From Nitrosomonas europaea (GTDB lineage Bacteria; Pseudomonadota; Gammaproteobacteria; Burkholderiales; Nitrosomonadaceae): 32,000 nt of DNA. The position numbers were made by a program, and so were the translations under genes. The notes under the pieces are model-generated. The model was not told where the DNA came from. It did not search any database and saw only the letters and a list, made by a program, of their open reading frames with translations. Where the stretch lies: NCBI RefSeq assembly GCF_900167395.1, contig NZ_FUWK01000006.1, forward strand, positions 1-32,000, given 5' to 3'. This document shows positions 18,346 to 28,190 of the stretch, in pieces (position 1 is the first letter of the stretch; each line of letters begins with the position of its first letter).

Positions 18346-18963
18346 TCAATAGATGACCGGAATCGGATCGAGGCTTCGCCACAGGTACCAGGTGGCGACT
18401 GATCGCCAGGGTTGCCAGCTTTCAGCTATGGTCCGAATCGCCTGTTTGGCGACTGGTTGACTGGCATTGTAATGCAGGCTGACAGCGCGCTGCAGACCAA
18501 TGTCATCCAGCGGCAGGACATCCGGGCGATGCAGATGAAAAATCAGGAACATTTCTGCCGTCCACCGGCCAATGCCTTTTACCTCGACAAGTTTGCGGAT
18601 CAGGGTTTCATCATCCAGATCGTGCCAATTGACCGTCACCAGCGTTCCTTCCAGAAAATGGCGCGATAAATCCCGCAAATAATCGACTTTCCGCGCCGAT
18701 AGCCCGCATGTCCTCAATAAATCGATTTCTGTCGCAATCAATGCTTCCGGTGTGATTTCCGGAATCAAAGTCGTTACCTTCTGCCAGACACTGGCCGCCG
18801 CCTTGACGGATATCTGCTGTCCGACGATCGCACGCGCCAGTGTGGCGAAAGCATTTCCCCGTTCTTCAGGCATCGAATCGCTGTAACACTGAATGATCCG
18901 GTGCATCACCGGATCACGCGCCGATAAATCATTGACAGCCTGTTCCCAAAATACCAAAGCCAT
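18346..18963 (-). CDS. DNA-3-methyladenine glycosylase, HhH-GPD superfamily (short AlkA/Mag type)
   Basis: The 205-aa product has LARAIVGQQISVKAA and CGLSARKVDYLRDLS. Its helix-hairpin-helix is VKGIGRWTAEMFLIF, followed by the catalytic-Asp block DVLPLDDIGLQRAV. Confidence 0.85.
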   Translation of the reverse strand: MALVFWEQAVNDLSARDPVMHRIIQCYSDSMPEERGNAFATLARAIVGQQISVKAAASVWQKVTTLIPEITPEALIATEIDLLRTCGLSARKVDYLRDLSRHFLEGTLVTVNWHDLDDETLIRKLVEVKGIGRWTAEMFLIFHLHRPDVLPLDDIGLQRAVSLHYNASQPVAKQAIRTIAESWQPWRSVATWYLWRSLDPIPVIY

Positions 18964-19140
18964 ATTGATCAGAGGTTCCTAAAATATTTTCAGGTTTATA
19001 CCACGCCCTGTCCCGATCCCGAAACCAGCCCTCTTTATCGAGCTGTTTTATTCGAAAAGATTATCTGAAAATTCCATTAAATCATTGTTACAACAATATA
19101 AAAATTCTTTCTTGCTCAATCATGCAAATTTTTATTGAGT

Positions 19141-19190
19141 AAAGTGGGTTAAAGTGGTGAAATATGCATAATTGTGGGTGTTAGTGGGGT
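19141..19190 (+). promoter_or_regulatory. dcw-cluster (Pmra) control region with phased MraZ-box direct repeats
   Basis: GTGG[G/T] motifs start at 19144, 19154, 19174 and 19184, exactly 10 bp apart. The decamers are aaaGTGGGtt, aaaGTGGTga, attGTGGGtg and ttaGTGGGgt. The skipped slot (19161-19172) reads aatatgcataat and contains a -10-like cataat. TTGAGT (19135-19140) is a possible -35. The site lies 55-100 nt upstream of the mraZ ATG. MraZ is known to bind such phased GTGG/TGGG repeats. Confidence 0.7.
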
Positions 19191-19243
19191 AAATATGATT
19201 CAATCATCAAACAGGCACCTCCATTGAAATCAAAAGGGACGAA

Positions 19244-19690
19244 ATGTTTCGTGGCTCCACCCAGTTAAGTCTCGATAGCAAGGGAAGACTTGCGATTCCC
19301 GCGAAATATCGTGATGAATTGTTTGCCAGTTGTGGAGGCAATATCGTCGTGACTGCTGATCCTTCCCGATGCCTGTTGATTTACCCTCAGCCCGTCTGGG
19401 AGCCGATTGAAAAAAAATTGAACAGCTTTCCCAGCCTCAGCCCGCAGATTCGAAGTTTGCAAAGACTCATCATCGGTAATGCCAGTGACGTTGAAATGGA
19501 CAGTTCCGGCCGTATTCTGATCAGCGCCCCTCTGAGACAGTTTGCCGGTTTGCAGAAAGAAGTCGTGCTCGCGGGGCAGGGTGAGAAATTTGAACTCTGG
19601 GATATGGCGAAATGGGATCTGGAAATCGATACAGCAACGACCTACAAGGATGGAGATATTCCCCCCGAGCTGGAAGGATTCTCGCTGTAG
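19244..19690 (+). CDS. mraZ: Transcriptional regulator MraZ
   Basis: The 148-aa product begins MFRGSTQLSLDSKGRLAIPAKYRDEL and has a second SpoVT/AbrB-like repeat (VEMDSSGRILISAPLRQFAGL). It is the first gene of the dcw cluster. Confidence 0.95.
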   Translation: MFRGSTQLSLDSKGRLAIPAKYRDELFASCGGNIVVTADPSRCLLIYPQPVWEPIEKKLNSFPSLSPQIRSLQRLIIGNASDVEMDSSGRILISAPLRQFAGLQKEVVLAGQGEKFELWDMAKWDLEIDTATTYKDGDIPPELEGFSL

Positions 19691-19705
19691 TGCGCCGATA
19701 GTGCC

Positions 19706-20659
19706 GTGCATGTACCCGTTTTGCTGGAAGAAGCTGCAGATGCACTGAATATCAGAGCTGATGGTATTTATGTAGATGCAACCTTCGGCAGAGGTGGTCA
19801 TAGCCGCCTGATTCTGTCCAGATTGGGAGAATCAGGACGATTGATTGCATTCGATAAGGATCCGGCGGCCATTTCTGCAGCCCGATCCATTCGGGATGAA
19901 AGGTTTCAGGCAGTACACGGCAGTTATGCACAAATACGCACAGCACTGGAGTCGCTGAGTGTAAGCCGGATCGACGGCATCCTGCTGGATCTGGGCGTGT
20001 CATCGATCCAGCTGGATGAGGCTTCACGCGGATTCAGCTTCCGCCATGATGGCCCGCTGGATATGCGCATGGACTCCAGCCGGGGAAAAACAGCAGCGGA
20101 GTGGCTGGCCACTGTGACAGAAACAGAATTGAAGGAGGTGATCAGAACCTATGGCGAAGAACGGTATGCTGGACAGATTGCAGGCGCAATTGTTATGGCA
20201 CAGACACGCCAGCCCATTGTTACCACGTTTCAGCTTGCCGAGATCGTGGCAGCGGTCGTGCGCAAGTTCGGCCACCGGGACGGTCGGCAGCATCCGGCGA
20301 CGCGCACCTTCCAGGCGATACGGATTCATCTCAATCAGGAACTTGAAGAATTATCGGTGACACTGCCGCAATGCGTGGAACTGCTGAATGCAAACGGCCG
20401 GCTGGTAGTAATCAGCTTTCATTCACTGGAAGATCGTATCGTCAAGCGTTTCATGCGCATGCAGGCAGGCACGGACACTTTGCCGCGAAAACTGCCTGTA
20501 CGGGATGAGGAGAGTCGCATGCACAGCAGACAGACATTGCAGATCATTGGTAAAAAAATTCGCCCCGGCGAGAATGAAGTGGCTGCCAATCCGCGAGCGC
20601 GCAGTGCCGTCATGCGGGTGGCAGAAAAGCTGGAAACCGGCAGCAAGGTGGATCGATGA
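19706..20659 (+). CDS. rsmH: 16S rRNA (cytosine1402-N4)-methyltransferase RsmH (MraW)
   Basis: The 317-aa product starts at a GTG. This is the only in-frame start after the TAG at 19688. It has HVPVLLEE, DATFGRGGHS, DLGVSSIQLD, SFHSLEDRIVK and NPRARSAVMRV. Confidence 0.94.
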   Translation: MHVPVLLEEAADALNIRADGIYVDATFGRGGHSRLILSRLGESGRLIAFDKDPAAISAARSIRDERFQAVHGSYAQIRTALESLSVSRIDGILLDLGVSSIQLDEASRGFSFRHDGPLDMRMDSSRGKTAAEWLATVTETELKEVIRTYGEERYAGQIAGAIVMAQTRQPIVTTFQLAEIVAAVVRKFGHRDGRQHPATRTFQAIRIHLNQELEELSVTLPQCVELLNANGRLVVISFHSLEDRIVKRFMRMQAGTDTLPRKLPVRDEESRMHSRQTLQIIGKKIRPGENEVAANPRARSAVMRVAEKLETGSKVDR

Positions 20660-20946
20660 TCAAACTGAACATTTTCCTGTTTATGGTGCTGGTTATCTGT
20701 GGTCTGGGCATCGTAACCGCCCGGTACGAATCACGCAAACTGTTCATGGAACAGGAAGAAGCTCAGCAATTGACTGAACAACTGGAAACCGAATGGAACC
20801 AACTGCGGCTGGAACAAACCACGTTGGCCATGCCTGCGCGTGTGGAAAAAATCGCGCGAAAAGAACTCGGCATGACTATGCCCCCGCCTGCCGCTGGAAA
20901 TATTCTGGCGATTCATCCCGATCATTCGTCAGGTGCGACTGAATGA
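20656..20946 (+). CDS. ftsL: Cell division protein FtsL
   Basis: The 96-aa product has a single N-terminal TM segment (LNIFLFMVLVICGLGIV) followed by a coiled-coil (LEQEEAQQLTEQLETEWNQLRLEQ) and ARVEKIARKELGM. It has ATGA overlaps with rsmH and ftsI, and its position in the dcw cluster fits. Confidence 0.9.
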   Translation: MIKLNIFLFMVLVICGLGIVTARYESRKLFMEQEEAQQLTEQLETEWNQLRLEQTTLAMPARVEKIARKELGMTMPPPAAGNILAIHPDHSSGATE

Positions 20947-22685
20947 AAATCCTGTTCAATCCCTCTCGCAAATCCGCTGCTGTGGATCTTCCAGAATGGC
21001 GCTCTCGCCTCATACAGGGATTTTTGCTGATATCCCTGATCATACTGGTTGCCCGGGCTGTTTATTTACAAGCACTGAACAAGGATTTTCTGCAGCAGCA
21101 GGGACAGTCACGCCATCTCCGGGTCATTGAACAAAATTCCCAGCGCGGCAGCATCAAAGACCGCAATGGTGAAATCCTTGCCATCAGCGCGCCCGTCAAA
21201 TCCGTATGGGTCGATCCCAAAAGAGTGAGCGCCACATCGGAACAGATCGGGCAGCTGGCCGATCTGCTGGATATGAATAAGGCCACTGTTCAGGAACGTC
21301 TCAGCAGCGATAAGCGATTTGTGTATCTGAAACGGCAACTGCCACCGGAAAGAGCAAATAAGATCGCTGAACTCAACATCAAGGGTTTGTACCTCAAGCA
21401 CGAGTTTTATCGTTACTATCCATCACGCGAGCTGGCTGCCCATATTCTGGGTTTTACCGATGTAGACGGACGCGGACAGGAAGGTGTAGAACTGGCATGG
21501 CAGGATGTGCTCACGGGTGAAGACGGCAAACGGCGTGTCATCAAGGATCGGATCGGGCGTGTCGTGGAAGACGTCGGACAGATCCGATCTCCCAAATCCG
21601 GCCAGGATGTGGTGCTGTCGATCGACAGTAAGATACAGTATCTCGCTTACCGGGAACTGGCGCGTGCAGTAAAAGAGCAGCACGCCAAAGCCGGCAGTAT
21701 CGTGGCCCTGGATGTCAAAACAGGTGAAGTGCTGGCAATGGCCAATTACCCGGCTTTCAACCCCAACCAGCGCGCGAGCATGAATAACGAAGTCATCCGC
21801 AATCGTGTGCTGGTCGATACTTTCGAGCCAGGTTCGACATTGAAGCCTTTTGCCATCGCCGTAGCGCTGGAAACGGGTCGCGTCAAGGCAAACACACTGA
21901 TGGAAACCTCCGGCGGAATGATGAGAATAGGTAGAGCCGTCATTCGCGATGTGCGTGACAAGGGCAATCTGACTGTCTCCCAGGTCATTCAGACCTCGAG
22001 TAACGTGGGTGCAGCAAAAATTGCCCTGTTACTGCCACCCAAAACATTCTGGGAAATGCTCAACCGTTCCGGTTTCGGCACTGAAACCGGTATTGGCTTT
22101 CCCGGAGAAGCAAGTGGTCAGCTACGCGCCTATAATAAATGGCGCCCGATCGAACAAGCCACCATGTCCTACGGGCATGGTATTTCAGTCAGTCTGATGC
22201 AACTGGTACGGGCTTATACATTGTTTGCCACGGATGGAGAACTGAAACCCATCACACTGCTGAAACGCGATACGCCGGCTGTCGGCCAGAAAGTCATTTC
22301 ACGTGAAACCGCACAATCCGTACGTAAAATGCTGGAACTTGCGGTGCAACCGGAAGGTACCGGCAGCGGTGCACGCATCAACGGTTACCGTGTGGCGGGA
22401 AAAACCGGTACCGCGCACAAACGTCTGGAAAAACGGAAAGGGTACGCCAGCGATCGCTATATTTCTTCGTTCGTCGGCTTTGCACCAGCATCCGATCCGC
22501 GTGTCATCATGGCAATCATGATCGATGAACCCTCTGACGGGCGTTATTATGGTGGCACGGTAGCGGCACCGGTATTCAGCCGGGTAATGGAAGGTACATT
22601 GCGAATACTGAATGTGCCATTTGATGATTCACTTGGCAATCTGGTGACGTCCCCCGTTCCCGCCAGATTGGAAGACAAAGGATGA
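20943..22685 (+). CDS. ftsI: Peptidoglycan D,D-transpeptidase FtsI (PBP3)
   Basis: The 580-aa product has an N-terminal TM anchor and the SxxK motif GSTLKPF. It also has SSN (TSSNVG) and KTGT (AGKTGTA). Confidence 0.95.
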   Translation: MKILFNPSRKSAAVDLPEWRSRLIQGFLLISLIILVARAVYLQALNKDFLQQQGQSRHLRVIEQNSQRGSIKDRNGEILAISAPVKSVWVDPKRVSATSEQIGQLADLLDMNKATVQERLSSDKRFVYLKRQLPPERANKIAELNIKGLYLKHEFYRYYPSRELAAHILGFTDVDGRGQEGVELAWQDVLTGEDGKRRVIKDRIGRVVEDVGQIRSPKSGQDVVLSIDSKIQYLAYRELARAVKEQHAKAGSIVALDVKTGEVLAMANYPAFNPNQRASMNNEVIRNRVLVDTFEPGSTLKPFAIAVALETGRVKANTLMETSGGMMRIGRAVIRDVRDKGNLTVSQVIQTSSNVGAAKIALLLPPKTFWEMLNRSGFGTETGIGFPGEASGQLRAYNKWRPIEQATMSYGHGISVSLMQLVRAYTLFATDGELKPITLLKRDTPAVGQKVISRETAQSVRKMLELAVQPEGTGSGARINGYRVAGKTGTAHKRLEKRKGYASDRYISSFVGFAPASDPRVIMAIMIDEPSDGRYYGGTVAAPVFSRVMEGTLRILNVPFDDSLGNLVTSPVPARLEDKG

Positions 22686-24247
22686 TGAGCACCTCGTCGG
22701 ATTCGAGATCAGATGAAGGTCATGCAGCCTGCCTGCTGAATCAGCTGGATGTCAAAGTACGACATTTGGTGGCAGATAGCCGGAAACTCAAGCCGGGTGA
22801 TACTTTCCTGGCGTGTGCCGGTGAACGTCATGATGCGCGCAACGATATTCCGCAGGCCATTGCACGAGGTGTCAACGCGATCATCTGGGAAAAGCAGGGA
22901 TTTTCCTGGAAACCCGAGTGGAAGATACCCAATCTGGGTGTGGCCGGGCTGCGTCACGAAGCCGGGAAAATCGCCAGTGAAGCGTACGGTCATCCTTCCA
23001 GACATTTATGGCTGGTTGGAATCACCGGCACCAATGGCAAAACCACCTGCAGTCAATGGTATGCGCAAGCCATGGCTGCTCTGGGGAAAAAAACTGCCGT
23101 AATCGGAACGCTCGGGCATGGATTCCCGGGCGCATTATACCCTTCCGAACACACGACTCCCGATGCCGTTTATCTGCAGCAGCTGATGGCTGAATATCTG
23201 CATCAAGGAGCATCCTCACTGGTGATGGAAGCTTCCTCACATGGTCTTTCTCAAGACAGACTGATCGGATCGGAATTTGCTGTCGCCGTACTGACCAATC
23301 TGACGCGCGACCATCTGGACTATCACGACAGTATGGATGCCTATGCTGCTGCCAAGGCAAAACTGTTCTTCTGGGAAGGTTTGCAATACGCCGTCCTCAA
23401 TCTGGATGAAGTACTGGGTGTAGAGCTGTCGCAACAACTGGCCGGAAAAGATCTGTCGATCATTGGTTATGGTTTCAAGCAACCTCGCCAGACTGCACAA
23501 ACAGCTGGTAATCAGAAAATACTCTACGGCAGCAATCTGCAATTCACCACACAGCAGATCGGCTTCGATGTCGAATTCTGCAACCGGTACGCCAGCCTGC
23601 AGTGCAATGTGACTGGCCGCTACAATGCCTATAATCTGCTGGCTGTTCTGGCCGCCCTGCTCGCCAGCAATATCGATCTCGATGATGCAATCACCGCGTT
23701 ACGACAGGTTCAGCCGATTCCCGGAAGAATGGAAAAACTGGGAGGAGGCAATCAACCCGTCGTCATTGTCGATTATGCGCATACTCCCGATGCGCTGAAC
23801 GAAGTGTTGACCGGTTTGCGCGAAACACTGGCCGGCACCCGCATCAAAAAACGAATTCGGAAAAATCAGGCAAAACTGATCTGTGTCATCGGTTGCGGCG
23901 GAGACAGAGATCGTGGCAAGCGCCCGCTGATCGGAGAAATTGCCTCACGCCTGGCCGATGAAGTCATTATCACCAGCGATAATCCGCGTAATGAAAACCC
24001 TGCAGACATCATCAGCGAAGTCATGCTCGGTGCCAGTGGCAAACACTGCACATCCGAAGTGGATCGCACAGCCGCCATTTACCGGGCCATTCATGGTGCA
24101 CGCAAAGGCGATATCGTACTGATCGCCGGCAAGGGTGCAGAAACCAGCCAGGAAATACAGGGAAAGAAATATCCGTATGACGATCGCGAAGTAGTACGGC
24201 AAGTATTGCATGACCTGGCCGGCCCGGAATTACAGGTGCAAGGATGA
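22682..24247 (+). CDS. murE: UDP-N-acetylmuramoyl-L-alanyl-D-glutamate--2,6-diaminopimelate ligase
   Basis: The 521-aa product has the P-loop GITGTNGKTT, HTPDAL and GCGGDRDRGKRP. The meso-DAP-specific DNPRNE motif is present. Confidence 0.95.
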   Translation: MMSTSSDSRSDEGHAACLLNQLDVKVRHLVADSRKLKPGDTFLACAGERHDARNDIPQAIARGVNAIIWEKQGFSWKPEWKIPNLGVAGLRHEAGKIASEAYGHPSRHLWLVGITGTNGKTTCSQWYAQAMAALGKKTAVIGTLGHGFPGALYPSEHTTPDAVYLQQLMAEYLHQGASSLVMEASSHGLSQDRLIGSEFAVAVLTNLTRDHLDYHDSMDAYAAAKAKLFFWEGLQYAVLNLDEVLGVELSQQLAGKDLSIIGYGFKQPRQTAQTAGNQKILYGSNLQFTTQQIGFDVEFCNRYASLQCNVTGRYNAYNLLAVLAALLASNIDLDDAITALRQVQPIPGRMEKLGGGNQPVVIVDYAHTPDALNEVLTGLRETLAGTRIKKRIRKNQAKLICVIGCGGDRDRGKRPLIGEIASRLADEVIITSDNPRNENPADIISEVMLGASGKHCTSEVDRTAAIYRAIHGARKGDIVLIAGKGAETSQEIQGKKYPYDDREVVRQVLHDLAGPELQVQG

Positions 24248-25602
24248 TGAGCACACAGGAAGCTGCATTGGCCCTGCACGCAGACTGGTCTGGTGACAAC
24301 GCCGTATTCACCGGAGTCAGCACCGACAGCCGTACCCTGAAACCGGGTGATCTCTTCATTGCGCTGTCCGGTGAGCAGTTTGACGGCCATCGTTTCATTT
24401 CCGCAGCCATCGAAAACGGTGCCGTTACAGCCATGGTTTCGGCTGACACAGCTATCCTCCCGACTCAACCTGATTTTGGCTGGATCAAAGTGAAGGATAC
24501 CCGGCTGGGCCTTGGACAACTGGCGGCATCCTGGCGTCGGCGCTACACCCTTCCATTGGTAGCCGTGACAGGCAGTAATGGCAAAACCACCGTCAAGGAA
24601 ATGATTGCAGCCATTTTCAGATGTGAATTCGGATTGGAGAACGTTCTTGCGACAACCGGCAATCTGAATAACGACATCGGTGTACCGCAGATGCTGTTGC
24701 AACTCGATTCCCGTCATGTTGGCGCAGTCATCGAAATGGGGATGAACCACGCGGGTGAAATCGCCTGGCTGAGCCGGCTTGCTGCACCTACGATTGCCGT
24801 GATCACCAATGCAGGCACGGCTCATATCGAATATCTGGGGACCACCGAAGCCATCGCCCGTGCCAAAGGAGAAATCTTCGAGGGGCTGGAAGAACAGGGA
24901 GTTGCCATCATCAATGCGGATGACCCCCATGCCCGGCTTTGGCGGCAGCTTGCCGGAAACAGGCCGGTTGTGGATTTCAGCATGAATGGCACTGCCGCAG
25001 TCAGCGCACGCCAGCCGGCACATCCGTCAGGCGATCGATGGCTGCTGCAATTGCCTGATGACACAATCGAAATAACGTTACAGGTGCCAGGTCGTCATAA
25101 TGTTTACAACGCGCTGGCAGCGGCGGCAGCCGCCACGGCTGCTGGTATCAGCACAAGCTCGATTGCTGAGGGTTTGCACAGTTTCAGGGGTGTCCCCGGA
25201 CGTCTGCAGAAAAAAACCGGGTTGAACCGGTCAGTTCTGATCGATGACACCTATAACGCCAATCCGGATTCCATGCAGGCTGCACTGAATGTCCTGGCAG
25301 AAATGCCCGGCAAAAAAATTCTGATCATAGGCGATATGGGTGAACTTGGTGCTGATACGGCAACGTTCCATCACAGAATCGGTCAACAAGCTGCAAGCGC
25401 AGGTGTGGATATATTGCTGGCACTGGGAGAATCGAGCCGGCAGGCTGTTGCAGGGTTTGGTCGCGGGGCACAGCATTTTGCCGATCTGGACACGTTGCTG
25501 GAAAAAGCGAAAAGCTGTCTGGACGAACAACATGTTTTCGTCCTGGTCAAGGGATCGCGTTTCATGCAAATGGAACGCGTGATAGAACAATTGCAGGCGT
25601 GA
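24244..25602 (+). CDS. murF: UDP-N-acetylmuramoyl-tripeptide--D-alanyl-D-alanine ligase
   Basis: The 452-aa product has the P-loop [19 protein letters not shown] and DDTYNANPDSM. It has an ATGA overlap with murE, and its position in the dcw cluster fits. Confidence 0.95.
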   Translation: MMSTQEAALALHADWSGDNAVFTGVSTDSRTLKPGDLFIALSGEQFDGHRFISAAIENGAVTAMVSADTAILPTQPDFGWIKVKDTRLGLGQLAASWRRRYTLPLVAVTGSNGKTTVKEMIAAIFRCEFGLENVLATTGNLNNDIGVPQMLLQLDSRHVGAVIEMGMNHAGEIAWLSRLAAPTIAVITNAGTAHIEYLGTTEAIARAKGEIFEGLEEQGVAIINADDPHARLWRQLAGNRPVVDFSMNGTAAVSARQPAHPSGDRWLLQLPDDTIEITLQVPGRHNVYNALAAAAAATAAGISTSSIAEGLHSFRGVPGRLQKKTGLNRSVLIDDTYNANPDSMQAALNVLAEMPGKKILIIGDMGELGADTATFHHRIGQQAASAGVDILLALGESSRQAVAGFGRGAQHFADLDTLLEKAKSCLDEQHVFVLVKGSRFMQMERVIEQLQA

Positions 25603-25688
25603 ATGTATTTCGAAATGAAAGGCAATGAATAGCCGGACAAACACAGTTTTCCGGATTCGCAACCGGACATTACAACGGAAACCATAGA

Positions 25689-26774
25689 ATGCTGCTGGCA
25701 CTTTCTCAATGGATTGCAGAAGATATCCGCGCTTTCAATGTATTCAGTTACATCACGCTGCGTACCATGCTGGCGGCACTGACTGCGTTGAGCATTTCGT
25801 TTCTGATCGGCCCGGCCATGATACGCAGCCTGACCGCACGTAAAGTCGGCCAGTCCGTGCGCAATGACGGCCCTCAGTCTCACCTGATCAAAGCAGGCAC
25901 ACCGACGATGGGCGGCACACTGATCCTGACGGCTGTGATCGTGACCACACTTTTATGGGCGGACCTGAGCAATCGCTACATCTGGGTGGTATCACTGACG
26001 ACACTGGGATTCGGCGCAATCGGCTGGGTAGATGATTATCGCAAGGTAATACAGCGCAATTCCAAAGGACTTTCAGCTTCATCCAAATTTTTCTGGCAAT
26101 CGATCATTGCCTTGCTGGTCGCAGTGTATCTTGCCATGACAGCCGATCTTCCCCAGCACACCGAAATGATCGTTCCATTCTTCAAGGAAGTGGCCATTCC
26201 GCTGGGAACATTCCTGTTTATCGTGCTGACCTATCTGGTGATCGTTGGTACCAGCAATGCCGTCAACCTGACAGATGGGCTGGATGGTCTGGCCATCATG
26301 CCTACCGTCATGATCAGTGGTGCTCTGGCCATCTTCGCTTACGTTGCCGGCCATGCCGTGTTTGCCAAATATCTCGGTATTCCACACATTCCCAATGCGG
26401 GTGAGCTCGCGGTATTCTGCGGCGCGCTGACAGGAGCCGGTCTGGCATTTTTATGGTTCAACACCTACCCGGCGGAAGTATTCATGGGCGATGTTGGCGC
26501 TCTGGCATTAGGCGCAGCACTGGGGGTGATCACCGTCATTGTCCGGCAGGAAATCGTACTGGTCATCATGGGAGGCGTATTCGTCATGGAAGCACTGTCA
26601 GTCATGATTCAGGTGGCTTCCTACAAACTGTTCGGTCAGCGCGTTTTTCGCATGGCACCCCTGCATCATCATTATGAACTCAAAGGATGGAAGGAAAATC
26701 AGGTCGTGGTGAGGTTCTGGATCATTACCCTCATTCTGGTATTGATCGGCTTATCGACTCTGAAATTGCGATGA
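25689..26774 (+). CDS. mraY: Phospho-N-acetylmuramoyl-pentapeptide transferase
   Basis: The 361-aa polytopic membrane protein has [37 protein letters not shown] and [13 protein letters not shown]. Confidence 0.96.
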   Translation: MLLALSQWIAEDIRAFNVFSYITLRTMLAALTALSISFLIGPAMIRSLTARKVGQSVRNDGPQSHLIKAGTPTMGGTLILTAVIVTTLLWADLSNRYIWVVSLTTLGFGAIGWVDDYRKVIQRNSKGLSASSKFFWQSIIALLVAVYLAMTADLPQHTEMIVPFFKEVAIPLGTFLFIVLTYLVIVGTSNAVNLTDGLDGLAIMPTVMISGALAIFAYVAGHAVFAKYLGIPHIPNAGELAVFCGALTGAGLAFLWFNTYPAEVFMGDVGALALGAALGVITVIVRQEIVLVIMGGVFVMEALSVMIQVASYKLFGQRVFRMAPLHHHYELKGWKENQVVVRFWIITLILVLIGLSTLKLR

Positions 26775-28186
26775 ACTATACCGGCAAAAAAATACTGGTT
26801 CTGGGCATGGGGAAAACCGGGATTTCCATGGTCAAATGGCTTTCCCGGCTCGGTGCACAGCTGTCAGTGGCTGATACACGCACCAGCCCGCCCAATCTCG
26901 AACTGATAAGCCGGATCGTACCGGGTGAAGCCATATTCTGCGGCCCGTTGAAGGAAGAATTGTTCCAGGGGATCGATGCAATTGCCATCAGCCCGGGTGT
27001 GGCAGTAGCCGAACCACTGGTACAGGCAGCATTGCAGCAGGGTGTGCCCGTAATCGGTGATATCGAGCTGTTTGCCGTTGCACTCGATCAGTACGCACCA
27101 CCGGGTACAAAAATTCTTGCGATCACCGGTTCCAACGGGAAAACCACGGTCACCAGCATGGTCGGTGAAATGGTAAAAAATGCCGGATGGGATGTGGAGG
27201 TAGCAGGCAATATCGGCCCGGCAGCGCTGGATGCACTGATGCAACGGATGGATGCAAATAAATGGCCCCATTTGTGGGCGCTGGAACTTTCCAGCTTTCA
27301 ACTGGAGACCACCAGCAGCCTGCGGCCGGATGCAGCAACGGTATTGAACCTGAGCGAAGATCATCTGGACCGGTACGACAGTATCGAAGAATATGCCGCC
27401 GCAAAAGCACGGATATTTTCCCGCCCGCATAATAATGGTTGCGTGCAGATACTCAATCGTGATGATGCCAGGGTGTATGCCATGGCGGATAAAAACAGTA
27501 AACAGGTGACTTTTGGTCTATCCGCACCCGTGTCGGACGAAGAATTTGGTTTGCTCCCCGGCGGATCGGATGTATGGCTGGCACAAGGCAGTACCCATTT
27601 GCTGAAAACCAGTGAGCTTGCCGTCGCGGGACTGCATAACGCCGCCAATGCGCTGGCTGCACTGGCGTTGTGCCGGGCGGTTGATCTGCCTTTCGAGCCG
27701 TTGTTGCATGCTTTGCGTACTTTCAGGGGATTGCCGCACCGTATGCAGAAAGTTGCCGAGTTCAATGGCGTAACGTTTTACGACGATTCTAAAAGCACCA
27801 ACATAGGTTCAGCTGTTGCCGCACTGAACGGGTTTCGCAAAAACGTGATTCTGATTGCAGGTGGAGATGGCAAAGGGCAGGATTTTTCCCCTCTGGAACA
27901 GCCAGTCAGCAAGCATGTGCGCAGTGTCGTACTGCTGGGAAGGGATGCAGACAAAGTTGCACAGGCCATCCAGGCCAGCAATGTACCGATACACCGGGTA
28001 ACCACCATGGATGAGGCGGTACAGGTAAGCTTTCTGCTGGCAGAGCACGGAGATGTCGTTCTGCTCTCTCCCGCTTGTGCCAGTCTCGATATGTTCAACA
28101 ATTACATTCACCGCGCTGAGGTTTTCACGGCTGCCGTCCGCCTGATCGAGCGCAAGTTCGTACTGACAGCACAGACATGTCATTAA
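26771..28186 (+). CDS. murD: UDP-N-acetylmuramoylalanine--D-glutamate ligase
   Basis: The ORF runs 26687..28186. I trimmed the start to the ATG at 26771 ([19 protein letters not shown]...), which gives the usual ATGA overlap with the mraY stop. It has the P-loop [16 protein letters not shown] and [11 protein letters not shown]. Confidence 0.94.
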   Translation: MNYTGKKILVLGMGKTGISMVKWLSRLGAQLSVADTRTSPPNLELISRIVPGEAIFCGPLKEELFQGIDAIAISPGVAVAEPLVQAALQQGVPVIGDIELFAVALDQYAPPGTKILAITGSNGKTTVTSMVGEMVKNAGWDVEVAGNIGPAALDALMQRMDANKWPHLWALELSSFQLETTSSLRPDAATVLNLSEDHLDRYDSIEEYAAAKARIFSRPHNNGCVQILNRDDARVYAMADKNSKQVTFGLSAPVSDEEFGLLPGGSDVWLAQGSTHLLKTSELAVAGLHNAANALAALALCRAVDLPFEPLLHALRTFRGLPHRMQKVAEFNGVTFYDDSKSTNIGSAVAALNGFRKNVILIAGGDGKGQDFSPLEQPVSKHVRSVVLLGRDADKVAQAIQASNVPIHRVTTMDEAVQVSFLLAEHGDVVLLSPACASLDMFNNYIHRAEVFTAAVRLIERKFVLTAQTCH

Positions 28187-28190
28187 ACCC

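Noticed and set aside
19265-19801. A 178-aa minus-strand ORF over mraZ and the rsmH start.
   Set aside because: It is a shadow ORF of the highly conserved mraZ gene. It has no Shine-Dalgarno sequence and no recognisable domains.
24091-25023. A 310-aa minus-strand ORF, and other long minus-strand ORFs across 20.0-31.6 kb.
   Set aside because: They are antisense to murE/murF and the rest of the tightly coupled dcw operon. They are Cys/Arg/Gly-rich translations typical of the reverse frame of coding sequence.
25603-25688. A 9-codon mini-ORF (MYFEMKGNE) and a ccgga/tccgg hairpin in the murF-mraY gap.
   Set aside because: The stem is only 5 bp and the mini-ORF has no Shine-Dalgarno sequence. This is probably just the one untranslated spacer in the dcw operon.
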